64,000 nt of DNA. Origin: an uncultured delta proteobacterium (GTDB taxonomy: Bacteria > Desulfobacterota > WTBG01 > CAIYCZ01 > CAIRTM01). Under the pieces are notes generated by a model that saw nothing but the letters and a program-made list of their open reading frames with translations, did not search any database and had not been told where the DNA came from. A program made the translations under genes and the position numbers. This document shows, in pieces, positions 22,898 to 33,079 of the stretch. Numbering within the stretch: position 1 is the first letter of the stretch; each line of letters starts with the position of its first letter. The stretch covers positions 96,001 to 160,000 of the forward strand of contig CAWDSQ010000024.1 in assembly GCA_963804955.1 (NCBI GenBank), read 5' to 3'.

Positions 22898-23470
22898 ATG
22901 AAAAAAAATTATTGGATTTTATGGTTTTTTTTTCTGACTTTGTCCGGGGCACCTTCACTTTCTGAAGCGCAAAGCATTACGGCCCCCGTAACCCAAGGTT
23001 ATAATGCTCCAATATCTGAAGATCAAAATTTTTCGAATCCTGCGTCTATAAAAATAGAACAAGAGTATCAAAATTCATTTATAAATTATACTTGTCCAGC
23101 GGAATATCCCGTGGATTGCTTCGATGGCAATTGCTGTCCAGAGAATACTGTGTGCGTTGGAAACAACCTGTGCTGTCAGTCAAGCACGCCGTACTATTGC
23201 GGGAACAACACATGCGCCACGTCGGCTTCAGCTTGTCCTTCGACGGGTTGCCCCGCTGGAAAGATTTTAGGGCAGGATAATCCGAAGCTTGAAAATCTAC
23301 GTAACTTCCGTGACAGCAGGCTTGCACAATGCGCCATTGGCCGCAAGGTCATACAAATCTATTACAACAATGCTGATAGCATCAATGAAGCCCTTGATAG
23401 TAGCCCGGCGCTGAAAGCTTTTACCAGCAGGGTGCTTGAAGTAATTGCGCCAATGGTGGGGAAAAAATAA
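22898..23470 (+). CDS. Secreted Cys-rich protein with CFI-box-CTERM-like domain
   Basis: GGAGG RBS, signal peptide, Cys-rich segment, LENLRNFRDSRL...GRKVIQIYY. Confidence 0.75.
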   Translation: MKKNYWILWFFFLTLSGAPSLSEAQSITAPVTQGYNAPISEDQNFSNPASIKIEQEYQNSFINYTCPAEYPVDCFDGNCCPENTVCVGNNLCCQSSTPYYCGNNTCATSASACPSTGCPAGKILGQDNPKLENLRNFRDSRLAQCAIGRKVIQIYYNNADSINEALDSSPALKAFTSRVLEVIAPMVGKK

Positions 23471-23544
23471 AACTACGACTTAATCATCAAAAAGGCCTAA
23501 CTACTTACATATAGTGGCTGGGCCTTTTTCATTAAAAGTCCACA

Positions 23545-23728
23545 CTGGAGCATTTAACAAAATAGTATAGCCGAAAAAACAGTGGGGAGCTTTTGGTGAG
23601 AGCAGCCCGTGCGGTTCGAGCGATTGACCTGCCACCATTGCAGGGCTCTGTTGCGAGAATTCAGCACGGGCAAACGAATCAAAAGTTCACCGCTGCGCAT
23701 GGTTACGGCAAAAAGTTAAATGCTCTAG
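23545..23728. mobile_element. MITE-like long palindromic element, family 3
   Basis: Terminal IRs CTGGAGCATTTAAC / GTTAAATGCTCTAG with nested stems CAGTGGGGAGCTTTTG / CAAAAGTTCACCGCTG and GCCCGTGC / GCACGGGC. Confidence 0.65.
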
Positions 23729-23930
23729 CGTGTTAAAATGCAGGATACGAAGTCTGTACAATTTTATTGCATATTTGCTTTGGTACTATTGTTATTGCCC
23801 GATAAAAAACAAAAAAATCTCATAAAACCTGTTAGTCAAAATCCAGGTTTTTACAGATAAACACTGTTATTGCACAGCGTACTCTGCTCACCAGCCGCTC
23901 CAGAATATTCAACGTATCACCTTGTGGGGT

Positions 23931-24707
23931 TTATTCATCAACCAGATCAGCCGGTTTTTCCAGCATCGATTCCAAATCCTGCTTCAGCAGTAAACGCCCG
24001 GTAAAAGAGGATGGGTCAAGAGCTGCCACAAGGGCAGCGTAGCGGCCCCAGGCTGCAGGCAGGTCCCAGCCGGAGCGGTCGATGTCGGGGTTGAGATATG
24101 CCCAGCCATCGCTGTCCGTATTATCGGGCATGAGGGCATTCACGGCTATGCCGAAGTGCTTCAGCTCTTCAGCGAGACCCAGAGTAAGGCGGTTCATGGC
24201 TGCTTTGCTGACATCATATGCAATGCCAGTAAAAGGCTCGTGGTGCAATTCCCGTGTCACCACGGACGAAATATTGATGATATGCCCAGTGCCCTGCCGC
24301 ATCATGGCGGGCAGCACCGCCTTTGTGCACAGCACCGTGCCGCGCAGATTGACCTCCAGGATTTTATCCCAGTTTTTTTGCTCCATCTCATGAAACAGGG
24401 CCGGAAAATTTGTTGCGGCATTGTTGACAAGTATATCGATGCGGCCCCATTCCTTTAAAGTTGTTTCAACCATTTGAGCGACGGACTGTTCATTGGAAAC
24501 GTCGGTTTTGACGGCAAGGGCCCTGCCCCCCTGACTGTTTATTTCATCGGCCGTGGCTGCAATGGTGCCTGCTATGGTGGGCAGGTTCAGGCGCGTTCGT
24601 GCGGCAACTACCACCCTGGCTCCTTCGCAGGCAAGGGCAATGGCGATTGCTTTTCCAATACCCCGGCTTGCGCCGGTCACTATTGCAACGCGGTCTTGTA
24701 AGGTCAT
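23931..24707 (-). CDS. Short-chain dehydrogenase/reductase
   Basis: TGASRGIG, NNA, YDVSK (YxxxK). Confidence 0.93.
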   Translation of the reverse strand: MTLQDRVAIVTGASRGIGKAIAIALACEGARVVVAARTRLNLPTIAGTIAATADEINSQGGRALAVKTDVSNEQSVAQMVETTLKEWGRIDILVNNAATNFPALFHEMEQKNWDKILEVNLRGTVLCTKAVLPAMMRQGTGHIINISSVVTRELHHEPFTGIAYDVSKAAMNRLTLGLAEELKHFGIAVNALMPDNTDSDGWAYLNPDIDRSGWDLPAAWGRYAALVAALDPSSFTGRLLLKQDLESMLEKPADLVDE

Positions 24708-24821
24708 GATGAATATATCCTTTCAGCTTGACTGTTAGTGCAGGCCACGATTAAGTCAACGGCCATAAACAGCAAAGCCCGTCATTCTGCCATGACGGGC
24801 TTTGCTGTTCTATTCGTATGT

Positions 24822-26147
24822 TCAGTCAAAATAATTATAATACTCTATGCCCAGATGCGTAATCAGCTCCTCGCCGATTATGTAGCGAAGGGTGTTTTTC
24901 AGCTTGGTAAGCTGAATAAAAAGATCATGCTCGGGGTAGACCGATTCAGCGGTCATGGGCGACTTGAAATAAAACGACAGCCATTCCTGAATGCCCGGCA
25001 TGCCGGCCCGGGCGGCAAGGTCTGCAAACAGCACAAGGTCGAGCACCACGGGGGCCGCGAGGATTGAATCGCGGCAGAGGAAATTGATTTTTATCTGCAT
25101 TTTGCGGCCCATCCAGCCGAAAATGTCGATATTGTCCCAGCCTTCCTTGTCATCGCCGCGGGGCGGATAGTAGTTGATGCGGACCATATGATGGATCTTG
25201 GCGTAGAGATCCGGATACAGGTCCGGCTGCAGTATCGTATCCAGCACGGAGAGCTTTGACACCTCTTTGCTTTTAAAAGAACCCGGGTCGGCAAGAACTT
25301 CACCATCGCGATTGCCGAGAAGATTGGTTGAGAACCAGCCGTCGATGCCCAGCATGCGGGCTTTGAGGCCGGGGGCTATCATGGTCTTCATGAGCGTCTG
25401 GCCTGTTTTGTAATCTTTTCCGGCTATGGGCGCGCCCGTCTTCCGGGCAAGCTCGGTGAGGGCCGGCATATCGGCGCACAGATGCGGCGAGCCGTTGATA
25501 TACGGGATGCCCCTTTTTATGGCCGTATAGGCATAGACCATGCTGGGTGCTATATGCTCATCATTGTCCTTGAGGCCCTTTTCAAATGCTTCAATGGACT
25601 GATGCACTGCCGAAGGCTCCATATACACTTCTGTTGAGCCGCACCAGATCATGACCATGCGGTCAACGCCATTGTCGGCGGCGAACTTTTGTATGTCTTC
25701 ATCAAGCTGGAGGTGCTTGTCCCACCAGGTTGTGCCGGACTTGACATGCGGTCCGTCGAGCTTTCTCACATAGCGGCGATCAAAAACCGCCTTCATGGGT
25801 TGTATGCCTGCGAGAAAATCCTTGACCGGGTCAAGCTGCTCCGGGGTAAGAACACCGGCATGCTTTGCAGCCTCATAACAGTTTTCGGGAAATATGTCCC
25901 AGCCTGCGCAGACAATATCCGGCAAGGCTGCAAGCGGTACAACATCTTTAATGAGGGGCTGACGGTTTTCATCGCGCCGGCCAAGCCGGATATGCCCCAT
26001 CTGCGTCAGCGACCCATAGGCCGGATACAGCCCCCGGCGAATTGATTCAAGGCCGGCAAGAAATGTCGTGGTTACCGCGCCCATTCCCGGTATGAGAACG
26101 CCGAGCTTTCCCTTTGGTTCCGCAATCACAATCTTCTTTCTGTCCAT
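24822..26147 (-). CDS. ino1: Myo-inositol-1-phosphate synthase
   Basis: GMGAVTTT, WCGSTE, GKDYKTGQT, LGNRDG, RDSILAAP, SFYFKSP. Confidence 0.93.
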   Translation of the reverse strand: MDRKKIVIAEPKGKLGVLIPGMGAVTTTFLAGLESIRRGLYPAYGSLTQMGHIRLGRRDENRQPLIKDVVPLAALPDIVCAGWDIFPENCYEAAKHAGVLTPEQLDPVKDFLAGIQPMKAVFDRRYVRKLDGPHVKSGTTWWDKHLQLDEDIQKFAADNGVDRMVMIWCGSTEVYMEPSAVHQSIEAFEKGLKDNDEHIAPSMVYAYTAIKRGIPYINGSPHLCADMPALTELARKTGAPIAGKDYKTGQTLMKTMIAPGLKARMLGIDGWFSTNLLGNRDGEVLADPGSFKSKEVSKLSVLDTILQPDLYPDLYAKIHHMVRINYYPPRGDDKEGWDNIDIFGWMGRKMQIKINFLCRDSILAAPVVLDLVLFADLAARAGMPGIQEWLSFYFKSPMTAESVYPEHDLFIQLTKLKNTLRYIIGEELITHLGIEYYNYFD

Positions 26148-26196
26148 CATCATCTCCTGAAAAATCAAGTGTTCGCACGTATGCTCGCAGAAAAAG

Positions 26197-27195
26197 CTAC
26201 AAGCGATCTATATAATCCTCGCCGATCCTGACAAAGTCAACCCAGTGCCGCATGGGATAAGCCTGATACAGCGTCTGATTTTTTATGCTCTTCCACAGGC
26301 ATGCCGCAAGCCAGCGCCTGCAGTCTGTCGGGCTGCCCAGCAGAGCGGCTAGCCGGTCTGCGAGGTCCTGATCGTCATAATCGACGGGGGTTCCCCGCCA
26401 GTACTGTTCCAGAGCGGCGAGATATGATGCGGTTATTCTGCGCCGGCCGCTCACAGCTCCATCCTTCGGGGGCAGATTCCCGCGCCACTTCATGCAGCCG
26501 ATACTGCTGACCAGTATATCAATGCGGCGAACAAATTTAAAATGGCAGGCAGGCTCTGCCGATCCGCCCACATCGCAGAGAAAATCACGTGCCGCCCTTC
26601 CCATCTGCCGCTGAATTTCATTTTCCAGATATGCCATGCGTTCATGCCATACAGGAGGAAGCTGCTGGGGCGTATACGGGGCAAGGCAGGTCTGCGGCTC
26701 CTTTTCATTGCTGCCCCAGAAGGAGCAATTGAGAGAGCGGCTCGAAAGCCCATAATAGGTCCTCTCGGCAAGCAGGGCTTTGAGCGGGGTTTTTTCACCG
26801 AGAAATCCGTAGACTTTATCGATGGTGTGTTTGCCGCCCTGGCCGTAGCCGGGAACATCCTGAGGCGCTGCATCATGAACCCAGCCCTTGAGCGCCTCGG
26901 CATAGTCTATCAGCTCCTGCCTGCGGCCGGGGCTTATCTGATAGTGCAGGCGCAAAGCAGTATGGGAACTGCCGCCGATGATGGAGCATATCTCATGAAC
27001 GCGCCCGGGATAGTCGTAGCGCCATATGCAGCAAAAATCAGCTGCAATGCGGCGCTCTTCGTCCTCGTGGCTGAGCTTGCCCAGGGATGCTTCAAGCTCA
27101 TGAATTGAGGCTAAATCCGGATCTGAACCATAGCCCTGCCGGAGATTGACATCATGGAATTGACCGCTTTTTACAAGATGGCTGATAAGGCTCAA
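26197..27195 (-). CDS. Hypothetical protein (start uncertain)
   Basis: 332-aa ORF co-oriented with and directly upstream of ino1; no recognised motif. Confidence 0.6.
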   Translation of the reverse strand: MSLISHLVKSGQFHDVNLRQGYGSDPDLASIHELEASLGKLSHEDEERRIAADFCCIWRYDYPGRVHEICSIIGGSSHTALRLHYQISPGRRQELIDYAEALKGWVHDAAPQDVPGYGQGGKHTIDKVYGFLGEKTPLKALLAERTYYGLSSRSLNCSFWGSNEKEPQTCLAPYTPQQLPPVWHERMAYLENEIQRQMGRAARDFLCDVGGSAEPACHFKFVRRIDILVSSIGCMKWRGNLPPKDGAVSGRRRITASYLAALEQYWRGTPVDYDDQDLADRLAALLGSPTDCRRWLAACLWKSIKNQTLYQAYPMRHWVDFVRIGEDYIDRL

Positions 27196-27353
27196 GGGAA
27201 TGCCCTGTCTGCCCAGCGTTCATCCCATGCGGTGAAAGAAGCATCTCTTCCATAAGCAACCCTACGTTCCCGTAAAATCTTTTATTAAAAAAAATAATAT
27301 GTTATATTTTTGCAGGCTTTGGAGTCTCTTTATAAAAACAGGTTTATTCCAAA

Positions 27354-30300
27354 ATGACAAGAAAATTTTTCTCAACAGGCCTTTCTATTCTGTGCTTTGT
27401 GTTGATCCTCTGTGCTCTTGCTGCCACGCTGGGGATGCAGCTGCTGGGAGATTTGAAGACCTATGTTCAAATTTCCCTGAAGAATGCAGAGCAGACTACC
27501 GGATACCGCATAACCTTGGATGATATCGGGTGGGATATTTTTGAAGGAACGGGTATAAGGATAGATAATCTCGTACTCTATGACGCTGCGGGCACTACCC
27601 CCCTGCTCGAATGCCGCAAAGTCCATGTTAAATTCGATCTGCTGCCTCTTTTCAATGCCAAACTAATCGTCTCGCGTGTCATGCTTGATGACCCGCATTT
27701 CACCTTTTATCGCAGCAGCAGCGGAAACTGGAAGCTCCCACCTCTTGCGGTTCCTGTAGATACCGGCAGCATCAGCAGCCTTGACGCATTCTCCGACTTC
27801 TCAATCGCCCTCAAGCGATTTACTCTCAACGGTGGCAGCCTTCACTTTAGCGACAGGCTCCGCAATGTAAAATTTGATCTCCACAACTTGAGGCTGCACT
27901 TGCTGCATGATAAAAAATCCGGCACATTCGGACTTACGGTACATGCAGAGCAGCCGCCTGAAGAAGGAGGTCTGCTGGCATTCAAGGGCGTATTTAAGGG
28001 GATAGACTCCCGGGGCAGGCCGGAGCGGCTCAGCGGCACAGGAGAGCTCCAGCTCAAGTCGGCGCAACTCATGCGCCTTGCGCCCTATATCTTTGACAAT
28101 GCGACCGCGCAAGCAGCGCACACACGGGTCAATGCCGACCTAACGGTACAGCTTGAGCCGGAGTGGCAATTTTCACTGAGCGGCACAATCGATTCCGACA
28201 ATATGTCTGCGCCATTGCCCGGCGGCAAACTGCTGTCTCTGGGTAAAAGCAGTTTAGCCTTTTCTGCCCAGGCAGGCACGACAATGCTGCTGCTGAACAG
28301 CTACAGGCTTACCTGTGCCGACAATGCCACTCTTGCGGGGAAATGCTCCCTTACGGGAATGAATGAATCCTCAATGCGCCTTGAGCTGATAGGCTCTTCA
28401 AACAGGATCAATCTTAAAGATATAGCAAAGCTTGCCGGTTCATTTGAAGCAGTGCCCCTGAAAGTAAAGGACCTTCTTGCAAGCACCCGCCGGGGAAGCA
28501 TCCAGCTGACTGACGCTCATGTGCTTGCCGATTTTGGCAACGGCGCTGAGCAGACGCTGGCAAAGCTTACCGGCACGGTACAGCTCTATGATGTTCTGAC
28601 GCAGTTCTCACCACGGCTGCCTCCGCTGCGCATCTCCCATGCGATGTTTCATCTGCAGGAAAATAAATCCCTTGATGCTGCAATTTTTGCGCGCTGGCCA
28701 GGCACTGACAATCACACGCTGAACGGGACTATTGAATCGATTTTCCATGAGCCGAAAATCACCCTGCATGCCGAGTCCGAACTGAATGCCGAAGGGATGG
28801 AAGCCATCCTGAAAGCAGCCGCACCTGCCCTGGCTGAAAAAATCAGCATACCGGCGGGCAGAATATCTGCAAAAACGCAGCTTGACTACTCGCAGCAATG
28901 GCATATTTCAACGGCCCTTGATTTTAAGCAGGCAGTGGTAAGCGCAGCCGGCTGGCTATCAAAACCCGCGGGCATTCCGCTGAGCCTTGATGTCAAAACA
29001 GTTCTGGGCAAAGACATGCCCGCGCCCCTGCCCCTGTCCTTCACTGTCTTCAATGGTGAGGCTGTACAAGCAGACGGAACGGTTACAAGCTGGGAACCGT
29101 TCTCCTGCAGCGGCGCCTATCATGCTGAAAATCTTGACCTGTCCGCTTTCGAAATGCCGTACAGCAAAGGTCTGATTACTGTTTCAGGCACTGTGAGCGG
29201 CGCTGGTACGTGGCAGATACCTCCGGGCAAAGGAAATACTTTTCCCGTTACGGGGACCTGTATGCTCCAGGATTTTTCAATGGTTGCTACAGGCAGCGGC
29301 AAGCTTCTCGTAGGCGGCAATCTGAATGGAACCTTTGAAAGCAGCCATTTTAAAATTTTCTCATGCCGGGCAGCCATGGGCGATACCTATGGCGAGCTTT
29401 CAGGCAGCCTTACTTCTCTGCTGCCGCCTCGCGGCAGGCTCGATATCATGGCTGAACTCTTTGACATAGATGACTTTGTTATCGTGATGGACCATTTTAT
29501 TGCTGTTAAAGATCAGATGAAGCTCGAAACAACCGTTGCTGAGCCGCCGATTCAAAATAACAGCATACTCATGGGTACAGATCTTCACATGCCGCTGAAG
29601 CTCAAGCGGCTCAACCTCTGGAACTGGGACCTGGACAACGGAACCTCCCTGTGGACCTTTAAAAACGGTGTCATGGACTGGGACAACATTACCCTCATCG
29701 GCGGAGGCGGTCCCATCTGCGGCACGGTGCAGTTGGATTTTTCAAAGATGCCGGTGCGGACACTGACGCTGTCGCCGTCACGGTCACAGTCGGATTTCCT
29801 GTTTGTCGTGCCTGCCCTTCGTAAAAACCGCACCATTTCCGGAACCATGGATATGTCCGGCTGGTTCTCCTCGACATTTTCGCGCAAGGAGGACCTCGGC
29901 AGGAATATGACCGGAAAATTTCATATCGATGTAGTCGATGGAAAAATACAGAAGCTCACGATTCTCTCGAAAATACTTGAACTTATGAACCTGGGCCATT
30001 GGTTCAGCTTCATCTCACATGATATTCTTTCAACAGGCATGCCCTATGACACTATCAAGGCTGATTTTACTGTCGACCACGCTGTTATGAAAACTGAAAA
30101 CCTTCAGCTCACAGGACCAGCCATGAACCTGTCTGCTGTCGGAACCATCGATATGCGCAGCGAAGAAATGAATTTGATAATCGGAGCCCAGATTCTTGAA
30201 ACATTCGGGAAAATTGTCGGGGCTATTCCCCTTGCTGGCAGTATTGTTACGGGCAAGGACAAAACAATTACCCTGGCATATTTTAAAGCTTCAGGGACCT

Positions 30301-30449
30301 ATCAGGATGCCTCTGTTATGCCCATGCCTGTTAAGTCGTTAAGCGCTCCTGTTATTAAACTGATTGATTCATTGCTGTATTTTCCCAAAAAGCTCCTTCA
30401 TCAATCTTCAGAGTCCGGCATTATAAAAACTGACAATACGACCCAATAA
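27354..30449 (+). CDS. AsmA/YhdP-like lipid-bridge protein
   Basis: N-terminal TM, beta-rich repeats, AsmA_2-like C-terminus (YDTIKADFTVDHAVMKTENLQLTGPAMNLSAVGTIDM). Confidence 0.82.
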   Translation: MTRKFFSTGLSILCFVLILCALAATLGMQLLGDLKTYVQISLKNAEQTTGYRITLDDIGWDIFEGTGIRIDNLVLYDAAGTTPLLECRKVHVKFDLLPLFNAKLIVSRVMLDDPHFTFYRSSSGNWKLPPLAVPVDTGSISSLDAFSDFSIALKRFTLNGGSLHFSDRLRNVKFDLHNLRLHLLHDKKSGTFGLTVHAEQPPEEGGLLAFKGVFKGIDSRGRPERLSGTGELQLKSAQLMRLAPYIFDNATAQAAHTRVNADLTVQLEPEWQFSLSGTIDSDNMSAPLPGGKLLSLGKSSLAFSAQAGTTMLLLNSYRLTCADNATLAGKCSLTGMNESSMRLELIGSSNRINLKDIAKLAGSFEAVPLKVKDLLASTRRGSIQLTDAHVLADFGNGAEQTLAKLTGTVQLYDVLTQFSPRLPPLRISHAMFHLQENKSLDAAIFARWPGTDNHTLNGTIESIFHEPKITLHAESELNAEGMEAILKAAAPALAEKISIPAGRISAKTQLDYSQQWHISTALDFKQAVVSAAGWLSKPAGIPLSLDVKTVLGKDMPAPLPLSFTVFNGEAVQADGTVTSWEPFSCSGAYHAENLDLSAFEMPYSKGLITVSGTVSGAGTWQIPPGKGNTFPVTGTCMLQDFSMVATGSGKLLVGGNLNGTFESSHFKIFSCRAAMGDTYGELSGSLTSLLPPRGRLDIMAELFDIDDFVIVMDHFIAVKDQMKLETTVAEPPIQNNSILMGTDLHMPLKLKRLNLWNWDLDNGTSLWTFKNGVMDWDNITLIGGGGPICGTVQLDFSKMPVRTLTLSPSRSQSDFLFVVPALRKNRTISGTMDMSGWFSSTFSRKEDLGRNMTGKFHIDVVDGKIQKLTILSKILELMNLGHWFSFISHDILSTGMPYDTIKADFTVDHAVMKTENLQLTGPAMNLSAVGTIDMRSEEMNLIIGAQILETFGKIVGAIPLAGSIVTGKDKTITLAYFKASGTYQDASVMPMPVKSLSAPVIKLIDSLLYFPKKLLHQSSESGIIKTDNTTQ

Positions 30450-30866
30450 TACCTTTCATCTACCTCAGCAGGCATAGAATACTGGCTGTATGGATCATTT
30501 TCCCGATTATATGGCTGCATGAACTGCACTGCCCGCACATAATTAGTACGTTAATAAAACTTGCTTTTTTGGTTTTATCATGTTAATTAGCATGCTAACT
30601 AAAAAAGAATGCCTGCTGTGTTACCGCAGTCTATTTGACAAAGTGTTCATGATTAATGACAGACATTGACATTATGTCAGTTGCCAGTAAAAAAACCTTC
30701 TCTGGAATACTTGCAGGCAAACAATTTCTAAATAAAAACTATATCTAATGTATTTTTCCATATAAAGGCATCTCACCCGCGAATCCGAACAGTTTTGGCC
30801 TTAATCTTGCCTTTATTTCTTTGGGAATAAACGTCTCTACTATAAATTTTTTGGGAGGAGAGTTTT

Positions 30867-31679
30867 ATGCATATTGTCGTCTGTGTAAAGATGGTGCCTG
30901 ACACGACTCAGGTAAAAATCGATCCTGTAACCAACACGCTGGTGCGTGAGGGTGTGCCTTTCATCACCAATCCCTACGACACCAATGCAGTGGAAGAGGC
31001 AATTCGCTTCAAGGACAGGTATGGCGCGCATATAACAGCGGTCTCAATGGGCCCGCCGGCTGCAGAAAGTGTGCTCCGCAAGGCAATCTCGCAAGGTGTC
31101 GATGAGGGCATACTGCTCAGCGACCGGGTGTTCGGCGGAGCCGACACACTGGCAACTTCAACGGTGCTTGGCCTTGCGATTAAAAAAATCGCTGAAAAAC
31201 GGCCCGTTGATATCGTCCTGTGCGGCAAACAGACGATCGACGGCGATACGGCCCAGGTCGGCCCGGGCATCGCCCGCCGCATGGACATACCGCAGCTCAC
31301 GCTCGTTGATGAAGTCGTTTCGGTGAATCAGGAAAAGAAGACCATGAAGGTCCGCCGAAAGCTTGAAGCCTATCATGAAATTATCGAAACAAAAATGCCC
31401 TGCCTGCTCACCGTCGAACGGGAAATCAACACGCCCCGCTATCCTACCGTGCCCGGCCGGCTTGATGCCGAAGAGGCCCCCATCCAGGTGTGGAGCAATG
31501 CCATGCTGAAACTCGACCCGAAGACCATCGGCCTTTCCGGCTCCCCGACACAGGTGCGCAGAATATTCGCACCCGAGCGGACAAAGGGCGAAGTCATCAT
31601 GGGCGAGGGAGATCAGAAGGACACTGCCGTGGGCGCCATGTTCACGAAGCTGAAAGAGTGGGATTTTATCACAGCGTAA
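30867..31679 (+). CDS. etfB: Electron transfer flavoprotein beta subunit
   Basis: VCVKMVPDT, NPYD, GADTLATS, GKQTIDGDTAQVGP. Confidence 0.96.
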   Translation: MHIVVCVKMVPDTTQVKIDPVTNTLVREGVPFITNPYDTNAVEEAIRFKDRYGAHITAVSMGPPAAESVLRKAISQGVDEGILLSDRVFGGADTLATSTVLGLAIKKIAEKRPVDIVLCGKQTIDGDTAQVGPGIARRMDIPQLTLVDEVVSVNQEKKTMKVRRKLEAYHEIIETKMPCLLTVEREINTPRYPTVPGRLDAEEAPIQVWSNAMLKLDPKTIGLSGSPTQVRRIFAPERTKGEVIMGEGDQKDTAVGAMFTKLKEWDFITA

Positions 31680-31709
31680 ATAACTAATTCATGAGTTGTG
31701 GGAGGATAC

Positions 31710-33045
31710 ATGGATCAACAGCCAAAAAAAATAAAAAAACCCCGCGGCAAAGCCCGCCTGCTTGAAGGCAAATGCATCGCCTGCGGCGCCCGCTGCCAGG
31801 CATCATGCCCTGCCGATGCCATAGAAATGAATGCAAAGGAAGAGCCGATCATCAGCGCTGAAAAGTGCATCGGCTGCCAGAAATGCGTTAAAATCTGCCC
31901 CGGCAGCGCCATTGAAATGTATTTCACGCCGGAGGAGCTGAAAATTCTCGAAGAGCTTGCAGCCCAGGGCGGTGCAGCAGCCCCTGCCGAGGAAGAAGAG
32001 AAAAAAGAGGAGCAGGCACCCAAGTCAAACATCGCCGCGTGGAAGGGCGTCTGGGTTTTTGTCGAGCAGTTCGAAGGCCATGCACATGAAGTCTCCTGGG
32101 AGCTTTTGGGCAAGGGGCGCGTACTTGCAAATGACCTTGGGGTAGAGCTTGCCGCATTCGTTCTCGGCGACAATGTCAGGCATCTGGCTGACGAGGCCTT
32201 CTGCTGGGGCGCGGATAAAGTATATCTTATGGACAGCCCGCTTTTAAAGCATTACCGCACGACATCGTATCTTAAGGGCTGCGTTGACATCGTCAATAAA
32301 TACAAGCCGGAAATAGTGCTCATGGGCGCAACGGGCCTCGGCCGCGACCTTGCCGGAGCTGTGGCGACCGACCTCAAGACCGGCCTCACGGCCGACTGCA
32401 CCAGCCTGACCATCGACACCAAAATGCGCCTGCTCGAGCAGACCCGCCCGGCATTCGGCGGCAATATCATGGCAACCATTCTCACCGAAACACACAGGCC
32501 GCAGATGGCCTCTGTGCGGCCCCATGTGATGCCCAAGCCGGAATACAAGGCGGGCGCCAAAGGCCAGCTCATTGAAGAGCCCTTCACCATGAAGGAAGAG
32601 GATATTCCGACCAAAGTGATCGAAATCATCAAAACTGCATCCGAAGGCTCCGTCAATATCACCGGCGCCAAGATTCTTGTCTGCCGGCGGCCGCGGCATG
32701 CTCAGCTCTGAAAACTTTAAAATGCTCGAGGGCTTTGCGGAAATGATCGGTGGCGTTGTGGCCGGTTCGCGCTGCGCAGTTGATGAAGGCTGGATCAAGC
32801 ATGACCGCCAGGTCGGACAGACCGGCAAAACCGTGCATTCCAAGCTCTACATCGCCTGCGGCATTTCCGGCGCAATTCAGCATCTGGTCGGCATGCAGGA
32901 CAGCGAATTCATCATCGCCATCAACAAGGACAAGACAGCCCCGATTTTCGATGTGGCCCATCTTGGCATCGTCGGCGATGCGATGGAAATCATACCTTCG
33001 CTGATTGAACAATTCAAACAGAGCAATGCCCGACCGAACGAATAA
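31710..33045 (+). CDS. etfA: ETF alpha subunit with N-terminal 2x[4Fe-4S] ferredoxin (frameshift near 32685)
   Basis: [13 protein letters not shown] and [43 protein letters not shown]. Confidence 0.94.
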
Positions 33046-33079
33046 TGCGGGATTTTAACCTCTTTACATAAGAAAGGAG

